Source: Rhodobacter capsulatus SB 1003 (GTDB lineage Bacteria > Pseudomonadota > Alphaproteobacteria > Rhodobacterales > Rhodobacteraceae). From it: a DNA stretch of 32,000 bases. Below, one piece after another: positions 1-9,606 of this stretch (position 1 is the stretch's first letter; each line of letters opens with the position of its first letter). The notes beneath the pieces are model-generated. The model was not told the origin of the DNA. It made no database searches and was given only the letters and a program-made list of their open reading frames with translations. The stretch lies in contig NC_014034.1 of assembly GCF_000021865.1 (NCBI RefSeq), forward strand, positions 1-32,000, written 5' to 3'. Position numbers and translations under genes: made by a program.

Positions 1-350
1 GCAGGGGGGCGACAGATTCGATTTTGGGAAAGTGGGCGTCAAGCGCGAAGTTCGGTTGCAGAAGCCCTCGCCGCCTTGCTAGCGTCACGGGGCGATTCAC
101 GTCGTCTTGGGGGACAAGACGCATCCGAAGGTCGAAGCGGGGCCCTGTGCTGCCGCGCGATAAGAAGCCGTAAGCTTCGAGCTCAGGATGTGATCCGTTT
201 CAAATGGGAGCAGATGCTCCGGTTTGGCAGGTGATGCCGACACCGGTTCTACCGGCTGTTCGGCATGTCTTCATTCCCGACCCCGCCGCAAGGCCGGGGG
301 GTTAAGTGCTGTGTGGCAAGTGTCGGTACGAAACGCTGATGGAAAAAGAC

Positions 351-1724
351 ATGACGAACGAACTCTGGGGGCAGGTGTGCAATGAACTTCAAAGGACCGT
401 CGGCCGGACCAATTTCAACACCTGGATCGCACCCCTGCAGCTGATCGAGCTGTCGGACGGCATCGTTTCGTTCGAAGCGCCGACGAAATTCATGTGCGAC
501 TGGGTTTCGCGCAATTATGGTGAACCGATCCTGCGCGAGCTGCGCAATTCCGGCATGGCGGTCGAACGGGTGGCGATCCGCGTGCCCGAGGGACGTCCGA
601 TGCCCGCGCCCGAAGCCCGGCCGATGCCGGAAAAGGCCCCTGCCCCGGCGCGCAAGGCCGCAAGGGTCAGCGAGGATCAGGACCTTCCCGGGGCGCCGCT
701 GGATGCGCGCTTCACCTTTGACAGCTTCGTCGTCGGCAAGCCGAACGAGCTGGCCCATGCCGCCGCCCGCCGCGTCGCCGAGGGGGGGCCGGTGACCTTC
801 AACCCGCTGTTCCTCTATGGCGGCGTCGGGCTGGGCAAGACCCACCTGATGCATGCGATCGCGCACGAGCTGCAGACCCAGCATGGCGAGCTGCGGGTGC
901 TGTATCTCTCGGCCGAACAGTTCATGTATCGCTTCGTGCAGGCCCTGCGCGACCGGCAGATCATGGATTTCAAGGAGCTGTTCCGCTCGGTCGATGTGCT
1001 GATGGTCGATGACGTGCAATTCATCGCCGGCAAGGACAGCACGCAGGAAGAATTCTTCCATACGTTCAATGCCCTGGTTGATCAGGGCAAGCAGATCGTG
1101 ATTTCCGCCGACCGCGCGCCGGGGGAAATCAAGGATCTCGAGGACCGGATCAAGAGCCGGTTGCAATGCGGTCTGGTCGTCGATCTGCATCCGACCGATT
1201 ACGAGCTGCGTCTGGGCATCCTGCAGACCAAGACCGAGATTCATGCCGCCCGCAATCCGGGGCTTGTCGTGGCCTCGGGCGTGCTGGAATTCCTGGCGCA
1301 TCGGATCACCACGAACGTGCGCGTGCTGGAAGGCGCGCTGACGCGGCTTTTCGCCTTTGCCTCGCTGGTCGGGCGGGAGATCACGCTCGATCTGGCACAG
1401 GAATGTCTGGCCGATATCCTGCGCGCCTCGGACCGCCGCGTGACGATCGAGGAGATCCAGCGCAAGGTGGCCGAGCATTACAATGTCCGGCTCTCGGACA
1501 TGATCGGGCCGAAGCGGCTGCGCACCATCGCCCGGCCGCGGCAGGTGGCGATGTATCTGTCGAAGCACCTGACCACCCGCAGCTTGCCCGAAATCGGGCG
1601 GCGCTTTGGCGGGCGCGATCACACGACGATCATGCATGGCATCCGCAAGATCGACGAGCTGATGACGACTGATCGGCAACTGGCCGAGGATATCGGGCTG
1701 CTGAAGCGGCTGATGGAATCCTGA
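351..1724 (+). CDS. dnaA: Chromosomal replication initiator protein DnaA
   Basis: ORF 306..1724. AAA+ Walker A GGVGLGKTHLMHA, Walker B VLMVDDVQF, and C-terminal DnaA-box-binding HTH RPRQVAMYLSKHLTTRSLPEIGRRFGGRDHTTIMHGIRKI. Followed by dnaN-recF-gyrB. Start is uncertain: GTG 306, ATG 339 or ATG 351. I chose 351 (MTNELWGQV...). Confidence 0.95.
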   Translation: MTNELWGQVCNELQRTVGRTNFNTWIAPLQLIELSDGIVSFEAPTKFMCDWVSRNYGEPILRELRNSGMAVERVAIRVPEGRPMPAPEARPMPEKAPAPARKAARVSEDQDLPGAPLDARFTFDSFVVGKPNELAHAAARRVAEGGPVTFNPLFLYGGVGLGKTHLMHAIAHELQTQHGELRVLYLSAEQFMYRFVQALRDRQIMDFKELFRSVDVLMVDDVQFIAGKDSTQEEFFHTFNALVDQGKQIVISADRAPGEIKDLEDRIKSRLQCGLVVDLHPTDYELRLGILQTKTEIHAARNPGLVVASGVLEFLAHRITTNVRVLEGALTRLFAFASLVGREITLDLAQECLADILRASDRRVTIEEIQRKVAEHYNVRLSDMIGPKRLRTIARPRQVAMYLSKHLTTRSLPEIGRRFGGRDHTTIMHGIRKIDELMTTDRQLAEDIGLLKRLMES

Positions 1725-1827
1725 AACCCTTGACGCCCCGCGCAAAGCGGCGGAATGTCCGGAAAAATCTTGTTCCGGCGCGGCGGCATGTTACCTTGCC
1801 GCCCCCGGGAACCGGTGAGGAATGGAT

Positions 1828-2946
1828 ATGAAGATCAGCATCGAACGCGCCGCCCTGCTCAAGGCGGTGTCTCAGGCCCAGTCGGTTGTCGAGCGGCGCA
1901 ACACGATTCCGATCCTGGCCAACGTGCTGATCGAGGCCGAGGGCTCGACCGTGTCCTTCCGCGCCACCGACCTTGACATCGAGGTGGTGGACAAGGCCCC
2001 GGCCCAGGTCGAACGCGCGGGGGCAACCACGGTTTCGGCGGTGATGCTGCACGAGATCGTGCGCAAGCTGCCCGACGGATCGCTGGTGCAGCTGTCGGAC
2101 GACGCGGCGGCGGGGCGGCTTTCGGTGATGGCCGGGCGGTCAAGCTTCAATCTGGCGACCTTGCCGCGCGAGGATTTCCCGGTGATGGCTTCGTCCGAAT
2201 ATACCGCGAATTTCGCCGCCAAGGCGGGGGTGCTGAAACGGCTTTTCGACAAGTCGAAATTCGCGATCTCGACCGAGGAGACGCGCTATTACCTGAACGG
2301 CGTCTACATGCATGTGGCGACCGGCGAAGACGGCCCCGCCCTGCGCTGCGTCGCGACCGACGGGCACCGGCTGGCGCGGATCGACGCCGTGCTGCCCGAG
2401 GGGGCGAATGGCATGCCGGGCGTGATCGTGCCGCGCAAGACGGTGAACGAGCTGCGCAAGCTGCTGGACGATGACGAGGCGCAGATTGCGGTCTCGGTCA
2501 GCGAGACCAAGGTGCGCTTTGCGACGCCGGAAATCACCCTGACGTCCAAGGTGATTGACGGCACTTTCCCCGATTACACCCGCGTCATTCCGATGGGGAA
2601 CACCCGGCGGCTGGAGGTCGATGCGGCCGAGTTTGCCAAGGCGGTGGACCGCGTGGCCACCGTGTCTTCGGAACGCTCGCGCGCGGTGAAGCTGAGCCTC
2701 GACGAGGACCGGCTGGTGCTCTCGGTCAATGCCCCGGATGCGGGCGCGGCCGAAGAGGAACTCGCCGTGGCTTACGGCGACGAGCGGCTGGAGATCGGCT
2801 TCAACGCGAAATATCTGCTGGAAATCGCAAGCCAGGTGGACCGCGAAAATGCGGTCTTCCTGTTCAACTCCTCGGGCGATCCGACGCTGATGCGCGAGGG
2901 GAACGATACTTCGGCGGTCTATGTCGTGATGCCGATGCGCGTGTGA
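1828..2946 (+). CDS. dnaN: DNA polymerase III beta sliding clamp
   Basis: ORF 1822..2946. N-terminus MKISIERAALLKAV is typical of alphaproteobacterial DnaN, and the length is about 372 aa. The GAGGA Shine-Dalgarno abuts ATG 1822 but is ideally spaced for ATG 1828, so 1828 is preferred. Position between dnaA and recF supports the call. Confidence 0.95.
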   Translation: MKISIERAALLKAVSQAQSVVERRNTIPILANVLIEAEGSTVSFRATDLDIEVVDKAPAQVERAGATTVSAVMLHEIVRKLPDGSLVQLSDDAAAGRLSVMAGRSSFNLATLPREDFPVMASSEYTANFAAKAGVLKRLFDKSKFAISTEETRYYLNGVYMHVATGEDGPALRCVATDGHRLARIDAVLPEGANGMPGVIVPRKTVNELRKLLDDDEAQIAVSVSETKVRFATPEITLTSKVIDGTFPDYTRVIPMGNTRRLEVDAAEFAKAVDRVATVSSERSRAVKLSLDEDRLVLSVNAPDAGAAEEELAVAYGDERLEIGFNAKYLLEIASQVDRENAVFLFNSSGDPTLMREGNDTSAVYVVMPMRV

Positions 2947-2992
2947 CGCGGGCAGCAAGGGCGTATTTGGACCAAGAAGAAACGGGGCCGCG

Positions 2993-4051
2993 ATGCTGCG
3001 GGATCTGACGCTTTTGCAGTTCCGCTCGCATCGGCGTGCGGTTCTGGCGCTGGATGCGCGGCCGGTCGCGCTTTACGGGCCGAACGGCGCGGGCAAGACC
3101 TCGGTGCTGGAGGCGGTGTCGCTCTTGTCCCCCGGGCGGGGGCTGCGCCGCGCCTCGGCCGAGGAGCTGATCCGGCGGCAGGAACAGGTCGGCTGGAAGA
3201 TCCGCGCGACGCTGACGGATTATGAAGTGGAAACCTCGGCCCTGCCCGGTGCCTCGCGCGAGGTGCTGATCGACGGCAAGGCCGCCGCGCAGGTCGCCTT
3301 GGGGCGGTTGTTGCGGGTGTTGTGGCTGGTGCCCGCGATGGACCGGCTCTGGATCGAGGCGGCCGAGGGGCGGCGGCGGTTTCTGGACCGGATGACGCTC
3401 TCGTTCTTTCCCACCCATGCCGAAGCCGTGCTGGCCTATGAAAAGGCGATGCGCGAACGCAACCGGCTGTTGAAGGACGAGATCCGCGATGCCGCCTGGT
3501 ATGGCGCGCTGGAGACCCGGATGGCCGAGGCAGGCGCCCTGATGACCGCGCATCGGCGGCAGGCCTTGGCGCAGCTGGCAACAGCGCAGGCGGGGGCGGC
3601 GACGGCCTTTCCGGCGGCCGATCTGGGTCTGACGGCCGAGGGGCCCGAGGATCTGGCCACGGCGCTGGCCGAGGGGCGGCGCCGCGACATGGCGGCCGGG
3701 CGGACGCTGGAGGGTCCGCATCGGGTCGATCTGACGGCAGTCTACGCGGAAAAGGCGATCCCGGCCGATCAATGCTCGACCGGCGAGCAAAAGGCGCTTC
3801 TGATTTCGCTTCTGCTGGCCAATGCCCGGGCGCTGGCCGGGGAAAATACCGTGCTGCTTCTGGACGAGGTCGCCGCGCATCTCGATGCCGGGCGGCGGGC
3901 GGCGCTTTATGACGAAATCTGCGCCCTGCCCGCGCAGGTGCTGATGACCGGCACCGGAGCCGAGCTTTTCGACAGCTTGGGCGAGCGGGGCCGTTATTGG
4001 CAGGTGACCGAGGTCGCGGGAACCTCGGAACTGGTGGAAAGCCGCCCCTGA
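2993..4051 (+). CDS. recF: DNA replication and repair protein RecF
   Basis: Walker A GPNGAGKTSVLEA, SMC-like signature STGEQKALLISLLLA and Walker B VLLLDEVAAHLD. 352 aa, in the conserved dnaN-recF-gyrB position. Confidence 0.93.
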   Translation: MLRDLTLLQFRSHRRAVLALDARPVALYGPNGAGKTSVLEAVSLLSPGRGLRRASAEELIRRQEQVGWKIRATLTDYEVETSALPGASREVLIDGKAAAQVALGRLLRVLWLVPAMDRLWIEAAEGRRRFLDRMTLSFFPTHAEAVLAYEKAMRERNRLLKDEIRDAAWYGALETRMAEAGALMTAHRRQALAQLATAQAGAATAFPAADLGLTAEGPEDLATALAEGRRRDMAAGRTLEGPHRVDLTAVYAEKAIPADQCSTGEQKALLISLLLANARALAGENTVLLLDEVAAHLDAGRRAALYDEICALPAQVLMTGTGAELFDSLGERGRYWQVTEVAGTSELVESRP

Positions 4052-4075
4052 AACGCTGAATATTGTGCCCAAGGC

Positions 4076-4104
4076 GTGACATTGCCTGGCCGAAACTCTA
4101 TAAG
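4076..4104 (+). promoter_or_regulatory. Candidate sigma-70 promoter for gyrB (GTGACA-N17-TATAAG)
   Basis: -35 GTGACA at 4076-4081, a 17-nt spacer, and -10 TATAAG at 4099-4104. Each hexamer matches 5 of 6 consensus positions. It ends 29 nt upstream of the gyrB ATG, in the 81-nt recF-gyrB spacer. Confidence 0.4.
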
Positions 4105-4126
4105 TCCGCAACGAAAAGCAGGATAG

Positions 4127-6583
<2,457 letters not shown>

Positions 6584-6616
6584 GGCCCCTCCGGGCCGCG
6601 ACGCAAGGGGATTATC

Positions 6617-7159
6617 ATGACCGAGAGCGACCGGACCGACGCGACCCTCGGCGGGATCGAAGGGCATCTGCCCGACCCCGCGGATCCGCGGCTTCTGCGC
6701 GATGCGCTGGGCCGCTTTGCCACCGGGGTGGCGCTGGTCACCGCCTGCGACGCCGATGACGGCAGTCCGATCGCGATTGTCGTCAATTCCTTTGCCTCGG
6801 TCTCGCTCGATCCGCCGCTGGTGCTCTGGTCGGTGGCCTGCAGTTCGATGCGGCACCGGCATTTCACCGCCGCGCCCGCCTTTGCCATCCATGTCCTGAC
6901 CGAGGCGCAGCGCGATCTGACCGCGCGGTTCTCGCGCTCGGGTCCCGGTTTCGAGGGGCTGGCGCTTGCCCGCAACGACGCGGGCGTTCCGGTTCTGGCC
7001 GGGTCGCTGGCCCGATTCGACTGCGTGACCGAAGCGACCTACCCGGGCGGCGACCACACCATCATCCTCGGCCGCGTCACCCGGTTCGATTTGCGGCGCG
7101 AGGGCGGGCCCCTGTGCTTCTTCGGGGGTGCCTTTGGCGGTTTCGCCGCGCGGGGGTGA
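6617..7159 (+). CDS. Flavin reductase-like FMN-binding domain protein (HpaC/NtaB/DIM6 family)
   Basis: 180 aa. Family-typical LRDALGRFATGVALVTA ... IAIVVNSFASVSLDPPLVLWSV ... FAIHVL ... GDHTIILGRV split-barrel pattern. AAGGGGA Shine-Dalgarno before the ATG. Sits 33 nt after the gyrB stop. Confidence 0.8.
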   Translation: MTESDRTDATLGGIEGHLPDPADPRLLRDALGRFATGVALVTACDADDGSPIAIVVNSFASVSLDPPLVLWSVACSSMRHRHFTAAPAFAIHVLTEAQRDLTARFSRSGPGFEGLALARNDAGVPVLAGSLARFDCVTEATYPGGDHTIILGRVTRFDLRREGGPLCFFGGAFGGFAARG

Positions 7160-7195
7160 CCCGAAATTCCCAATGATTGCTTGCGATTTTATCCG

Positions 7196-7210
7196 TTAAG
7201 CCGGCTTTAA
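7196..7210 (+). promoter_or_regulatory. CtrA-type binding box TTAA-N7-TTAA upstream of motB
   Basis: TTAAGCCGGCTTTAA: TTAA 7196-7199, 7-nt spacer, TTAA 7207-7210. Lies 48 nt upstream of the motB ATG in an AT-enriched spacer. A GCTATCTC -10-like element follows at 7220-7227. Confidence 0.55.
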
Positions 7211-7257
7211 GCGGCTTCGGCTATCTCTGGTTCCGGGTGAAATAGAGGTGGTGGGAT

Positions 7258-8109
7258 ATGGGCGCACACGATGGTGTCGCACCAGTCATCATCAAGCGCA
7301 AGAAGGTCGTCGGGGGCGGCGGGCACCACGGTGGGGCGTGGAAAGTTGCCTATGCCGACTTCGTCACAGCCATGATGGCCTTCTTTCTGCTGATGTGGCT
7401 GCTGAACGCGACAACGGAAAAGCAACGCAAGGGAATCGCGGATTACTTCAACCCGACGATTCCGATCAACCGGATCTCGGGTGGCGGCGAGGGTGCCTTC
7501 GGCGGCGATTCCGTCTTCTCCGAGGATCAGGTCGCGCAAAATGGCACCGGGGCTTCGGGGCAGATGCCGACCGAAGAACGGCAGGCCCGCGGCGACAGCG
7601 GCGCCGCCAAGGAGGAACAGAAGCAGGATCAGGCCGAATTCGACCGGATGGCGAAGGAGATCGAAAAGGCGCTCTCGGCGACCTCCGGCGAATCGATGGT
7701 CAGCGAACAGCTGGCCCGCCACATCGTCACCAAGGTGACGGACGAGGGCTTGATCGTCGAATTCTTCGATCTGGAAGACGAGCCGCTTTTCAGGCCCGAT
7801 ACCGCCGAGCCCGAACCGATTCTGGGCGAGATCGCGGGAATGCTGACGCGGGTCTTCGGCCTGACGAAGAACAATGTCGCGATCAACGGCCACACGCGGT
7901 CCTATCCCTCGATGCTGCGCACGAATCCGGTCTGGGATCTGTCCTCGGAACGGGCGCAAAGGATGAGAATCCTTATGGAAACCGCGGGGTTCGATGCGGC
8001 GCGGCTGCAACGGGTCTCGGGTTTTGCCGATCGCAAGCCGGCCGTCGAAACGCGGATGTCGGTGCGCAACAACCGGCTTGAACTGATCTTGTTGCGCAAC
8101 GGACGCTGA
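7258..8109 (+). CDS. motB: Flagellar motor stator protein MotB
   Basis: 283 aa. Single N-terminal TM with the conserved Asp (GAWKVAYADFVTAMMAFFLLMWLL). C-terminal OmpA/MotB peptidoglycan-binding domain (INGHTRS...WDLSSERAQRMRILMETAGFDAARLQRVSGFADRKP). GAGGTGG Shine-Dalgarno. Directly upstream of flgE. Confidence 0.85.
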   Translation: MGAHDGVAPVIIKRKKVVGGGGHHGGAWKVAYADFVTAMMAFFLLMWLLNATTEKQRKGIADYFNPTIPINRISGGGEGAFGGDSVFSEDQVAQNGTGASGQMPTEERQARGDSGAAKEEQKQDQAEFDRMAKEIEKALSATSGESMVSEQLARHIVTKVTDEGLIVEFFDLEDEPLFRPDTAEPEPILGEIAGMLTRVFGLTKNNVAINGHTRSYPSMLRTNPVWDLSSERAQRMRILMETAGFDAARLQRVSGFADRKPAVETRMSVRNNRLELILLRNGR

Positions 8110-8144
8110 TCCGGGCGAAGAAGAAATCGGACGCATTTTACGCG

Positions 8145-8160
8145 TTAGTCCGATCTTAAC
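8145..8160 (+). promoter_or_regulatory. CtrA-like box TTAG-N7-TTAAC upstream of flgE
   Basis: TTAGTCCGATCTTAAC: one mismatch in the upstream half-site and a consensus TTAAC downstream half-site. Ends 57 nt upstream of the flgE ATG (8217). Confidence 0.4.
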
Positions 8161-8216
8161 GGCGATTGCGGCAAGGTGGCTTCAATCACGGGACGCAGCA
8201 GCAGAAAGGCGCTTAC

Positions 8217-9575
8217 ATGTCCATTTCTTCTTCGCTCAACGCGGGTGTGGCAGGCCTTGCAGCCAACGCGACGCGCTTGGCAACGATTTCCGACAACATC
8301 GCCAACTCGGGCACTTACGGTTACAAGCGGGCGACGGCGGATTTCGAAAGCATGGTCCTGACCCAGGCGCGCAGCTCGGGCACCTATTCGGCCGGGGGCG
8401 TGCGCGCCTCCTCGGGGCGCCTGATCGACCAGCGCGGCTCGCTGATCGGCACATCGAATGCGATGGACATCGCGATTTCGGGCCGCGGCTTCCTGCCTGT
8501 CGCCAATACCTCCGCCCTGGCGAACGGGCTGGGCGACCAGCCGTTGACGATGACCTCGACCGGATCGTTCCACACCGACAAGGACGGCGTGCTGCGCACC
8601 GACTCGGGTCTGGTCCTGCTCGGCTGGGCGGCGCTGGCCGATGGCACGATCCCGGTGAACGCCCGCGACACCGTCACCGGCCTGCAACCGGTCGTGATCA
8701 ATGCCAACCAGACCGCGGGCGACCCGACGACGGTGATGAACTGGGGCATCAACCTGCCCGCCAGCGAAACCGCGGACACCGCAGGCGGCGAGACGCTGAC
8801 CTCTTCGATCGAATATTTTGGCAACCTCGGCAATTCGAACACGCTGCAGGTTTCCTTCACGCCGACCATCCCGGCGGCGGGCGATCCGGATTCGAACCAG
8901 TGGACGATGACGATCCGCGACTCGGCGACCACCACCGATCCCTATGGCCTCGGGGTCGGCGTCGTCGGGCAATACACGCTCGACTTCGACAACACCGGCA
9001 CGAATGGCGGCACGCTGAGCAACGTCACCACCATCCAGGGCCCGGCCTGGGATTCGACCGAAGGCACGCTGAACTTCACCGACGCCTCGGGCTTCGCGCT
9101 GGCCGACGGTCTGCAGGACATCACCATCACCATCGGCAAACAGGGCGACACCAACGGTCTGACCCAGCTTGCCAGCGATTTCGCGCCGACCTCGATCAAC
9201 AAGGACGGCTCGCCGGTGGGGAACCTGACCTCGGTCGAGATCGACGAGAACGGCTTCATCAAGGCGACTTACGACACCGGCTTCATCCGCACCGTCTATC
9301 AGGTGCCGCTGGTCGACGTGTCAAACATCAACGGGCTGACGGCACTCGACAACCAGACCTTCCAGGTCTCGTCCACCTCGGGCTCGTTCTATCTCTGGGA
9401 CGCCGGTGACGGTCCGACCGGCGCGGTCGAGGGCTATGCCCGCGAAGGTTCGGCGGTCGACGTGGCGCAGGAACTGACCAACCTGATCCAGACCCAACGG
9501 GCCTATTCGTCGAATGCGAAGGTCATCCAGACCGTCGACGAGATGCTGCAGGAGACGACGAACATCAAGCGCTGA
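8217..9575 (+). CDS. flgE: Flagellar hook protein FlgE
   Basis: ORF 8166..9575, trimmed to ATG 8217. The flagellar rod/hook N-terminal domain MSISSSLNAGVAGLAANATRLATISDNIANSGTYGYKR begins there. C-terminal DVAQELTNLIQTQRAYSSNAKVIQTVDEMLQETTNI. Confidence 0.9.
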   Translation: MSISSSLNAGVAGLAANATRLATISDNIANSGTYGYKRATADFESMVLTQARSSGTYSAGGVRASSGRLIDQRGSLIGTSNAMDIAISGRGFLPVANTSALANGLGDQPLTMTSTGSFHTDKDGVLRTDSGLVLLGWAALADGTIPVNARDTVTGLQPVVINANQTAGDPTTVMNWGINLPASETADTAGGETLTSSIEYFGNLGNSNTLQVSFTPTIPAAGDPDSNQWTMTIRDSATTTDPYGLGVGVVGQYTLDFDNTGTNGGTLSNVTTIQGPAWDSTEGTLNFTDASGFALADGLQDITITIGKQGDTNGLTQLASDFAPTSINKDGSPVGNLTSVEIDENGFIKATYDTGFIRTVYQVPLVDVSNINGLTALDNQTFQVSSTSGSFYLWDAGDGPTGAVEGYAREGSAVDVAQELTNLIQTQRAYSSNAKVIQTVDEMLQETTNIKR

Positions 9576-9606
9576 GCGTGATGTTCCCTTCAGGAGGAGA
9601 TGACCC

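Noticed and set aside
15-98. Two GANTC (CcrM methylation) sites, both GATTC, at 15-19 and 94-98 upstream of dnaA.
   Set aside because: Roughly one or two are expected by chance in 350 nt at this composition, so there is no enrichment. Neither overlaps an identifiable promoter element.
1-350. Possible chromosomal origin (oriC) upstream of dnaA.
   Set aside because: I found no AT-rich unwinding element and no cluster of consensus DnaA boxes. The best match is 6 of 9 positions. In many alphaproteobacteria the origin is not adjacent to dnaA. This cannot be excluded without whole-genome GC skew or DnaA ChIP.
249-1745. 498-aa minus-strand ORF antisense to dnaA. Similar long antisense or out-of-frame ORFs occur at 7207-8136, 8145-8972, 9916-11088, 10982-12052, 12067-13407, 12843-14099, 15034-16368, 19894-21330, 21146-22318, 22445-23737, 23560-25410, 25179-26975 and 26582-29716.
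   Set aside because: Same reasoning as above. Each overlaps a confidently recognised gene on the other strand or in another frame, and each has an Arg/Pro/Gly/His-rich composition typical of GC-rich shadow ORFs. None has a Shine-Dalgarno or signal/motif support.
6584-6597. Small hairpin GGCCC-CTCC-GGGCC right after the gyrB stop, as a terminator.
   Set aside because: It has only a 5-bp stem and no U-tract, and the next gene starts 20 nt later with its own Shine-Dalgarno. It is more likely read through.
7160-7257. Sigma-54 (GG-N10-GC) or sigma-28 (TAAA-N15-GCCGATAA) flagellar promoters upstream of motB, and likewise upstream of flgE (8110-8216).
   Set aside because: No GG-N10-GC arrangement with TTGC-type -12 context and no GCCGATAA-like -10 was found on reading both spacers. 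Only the CtrA-type boxes stand out.
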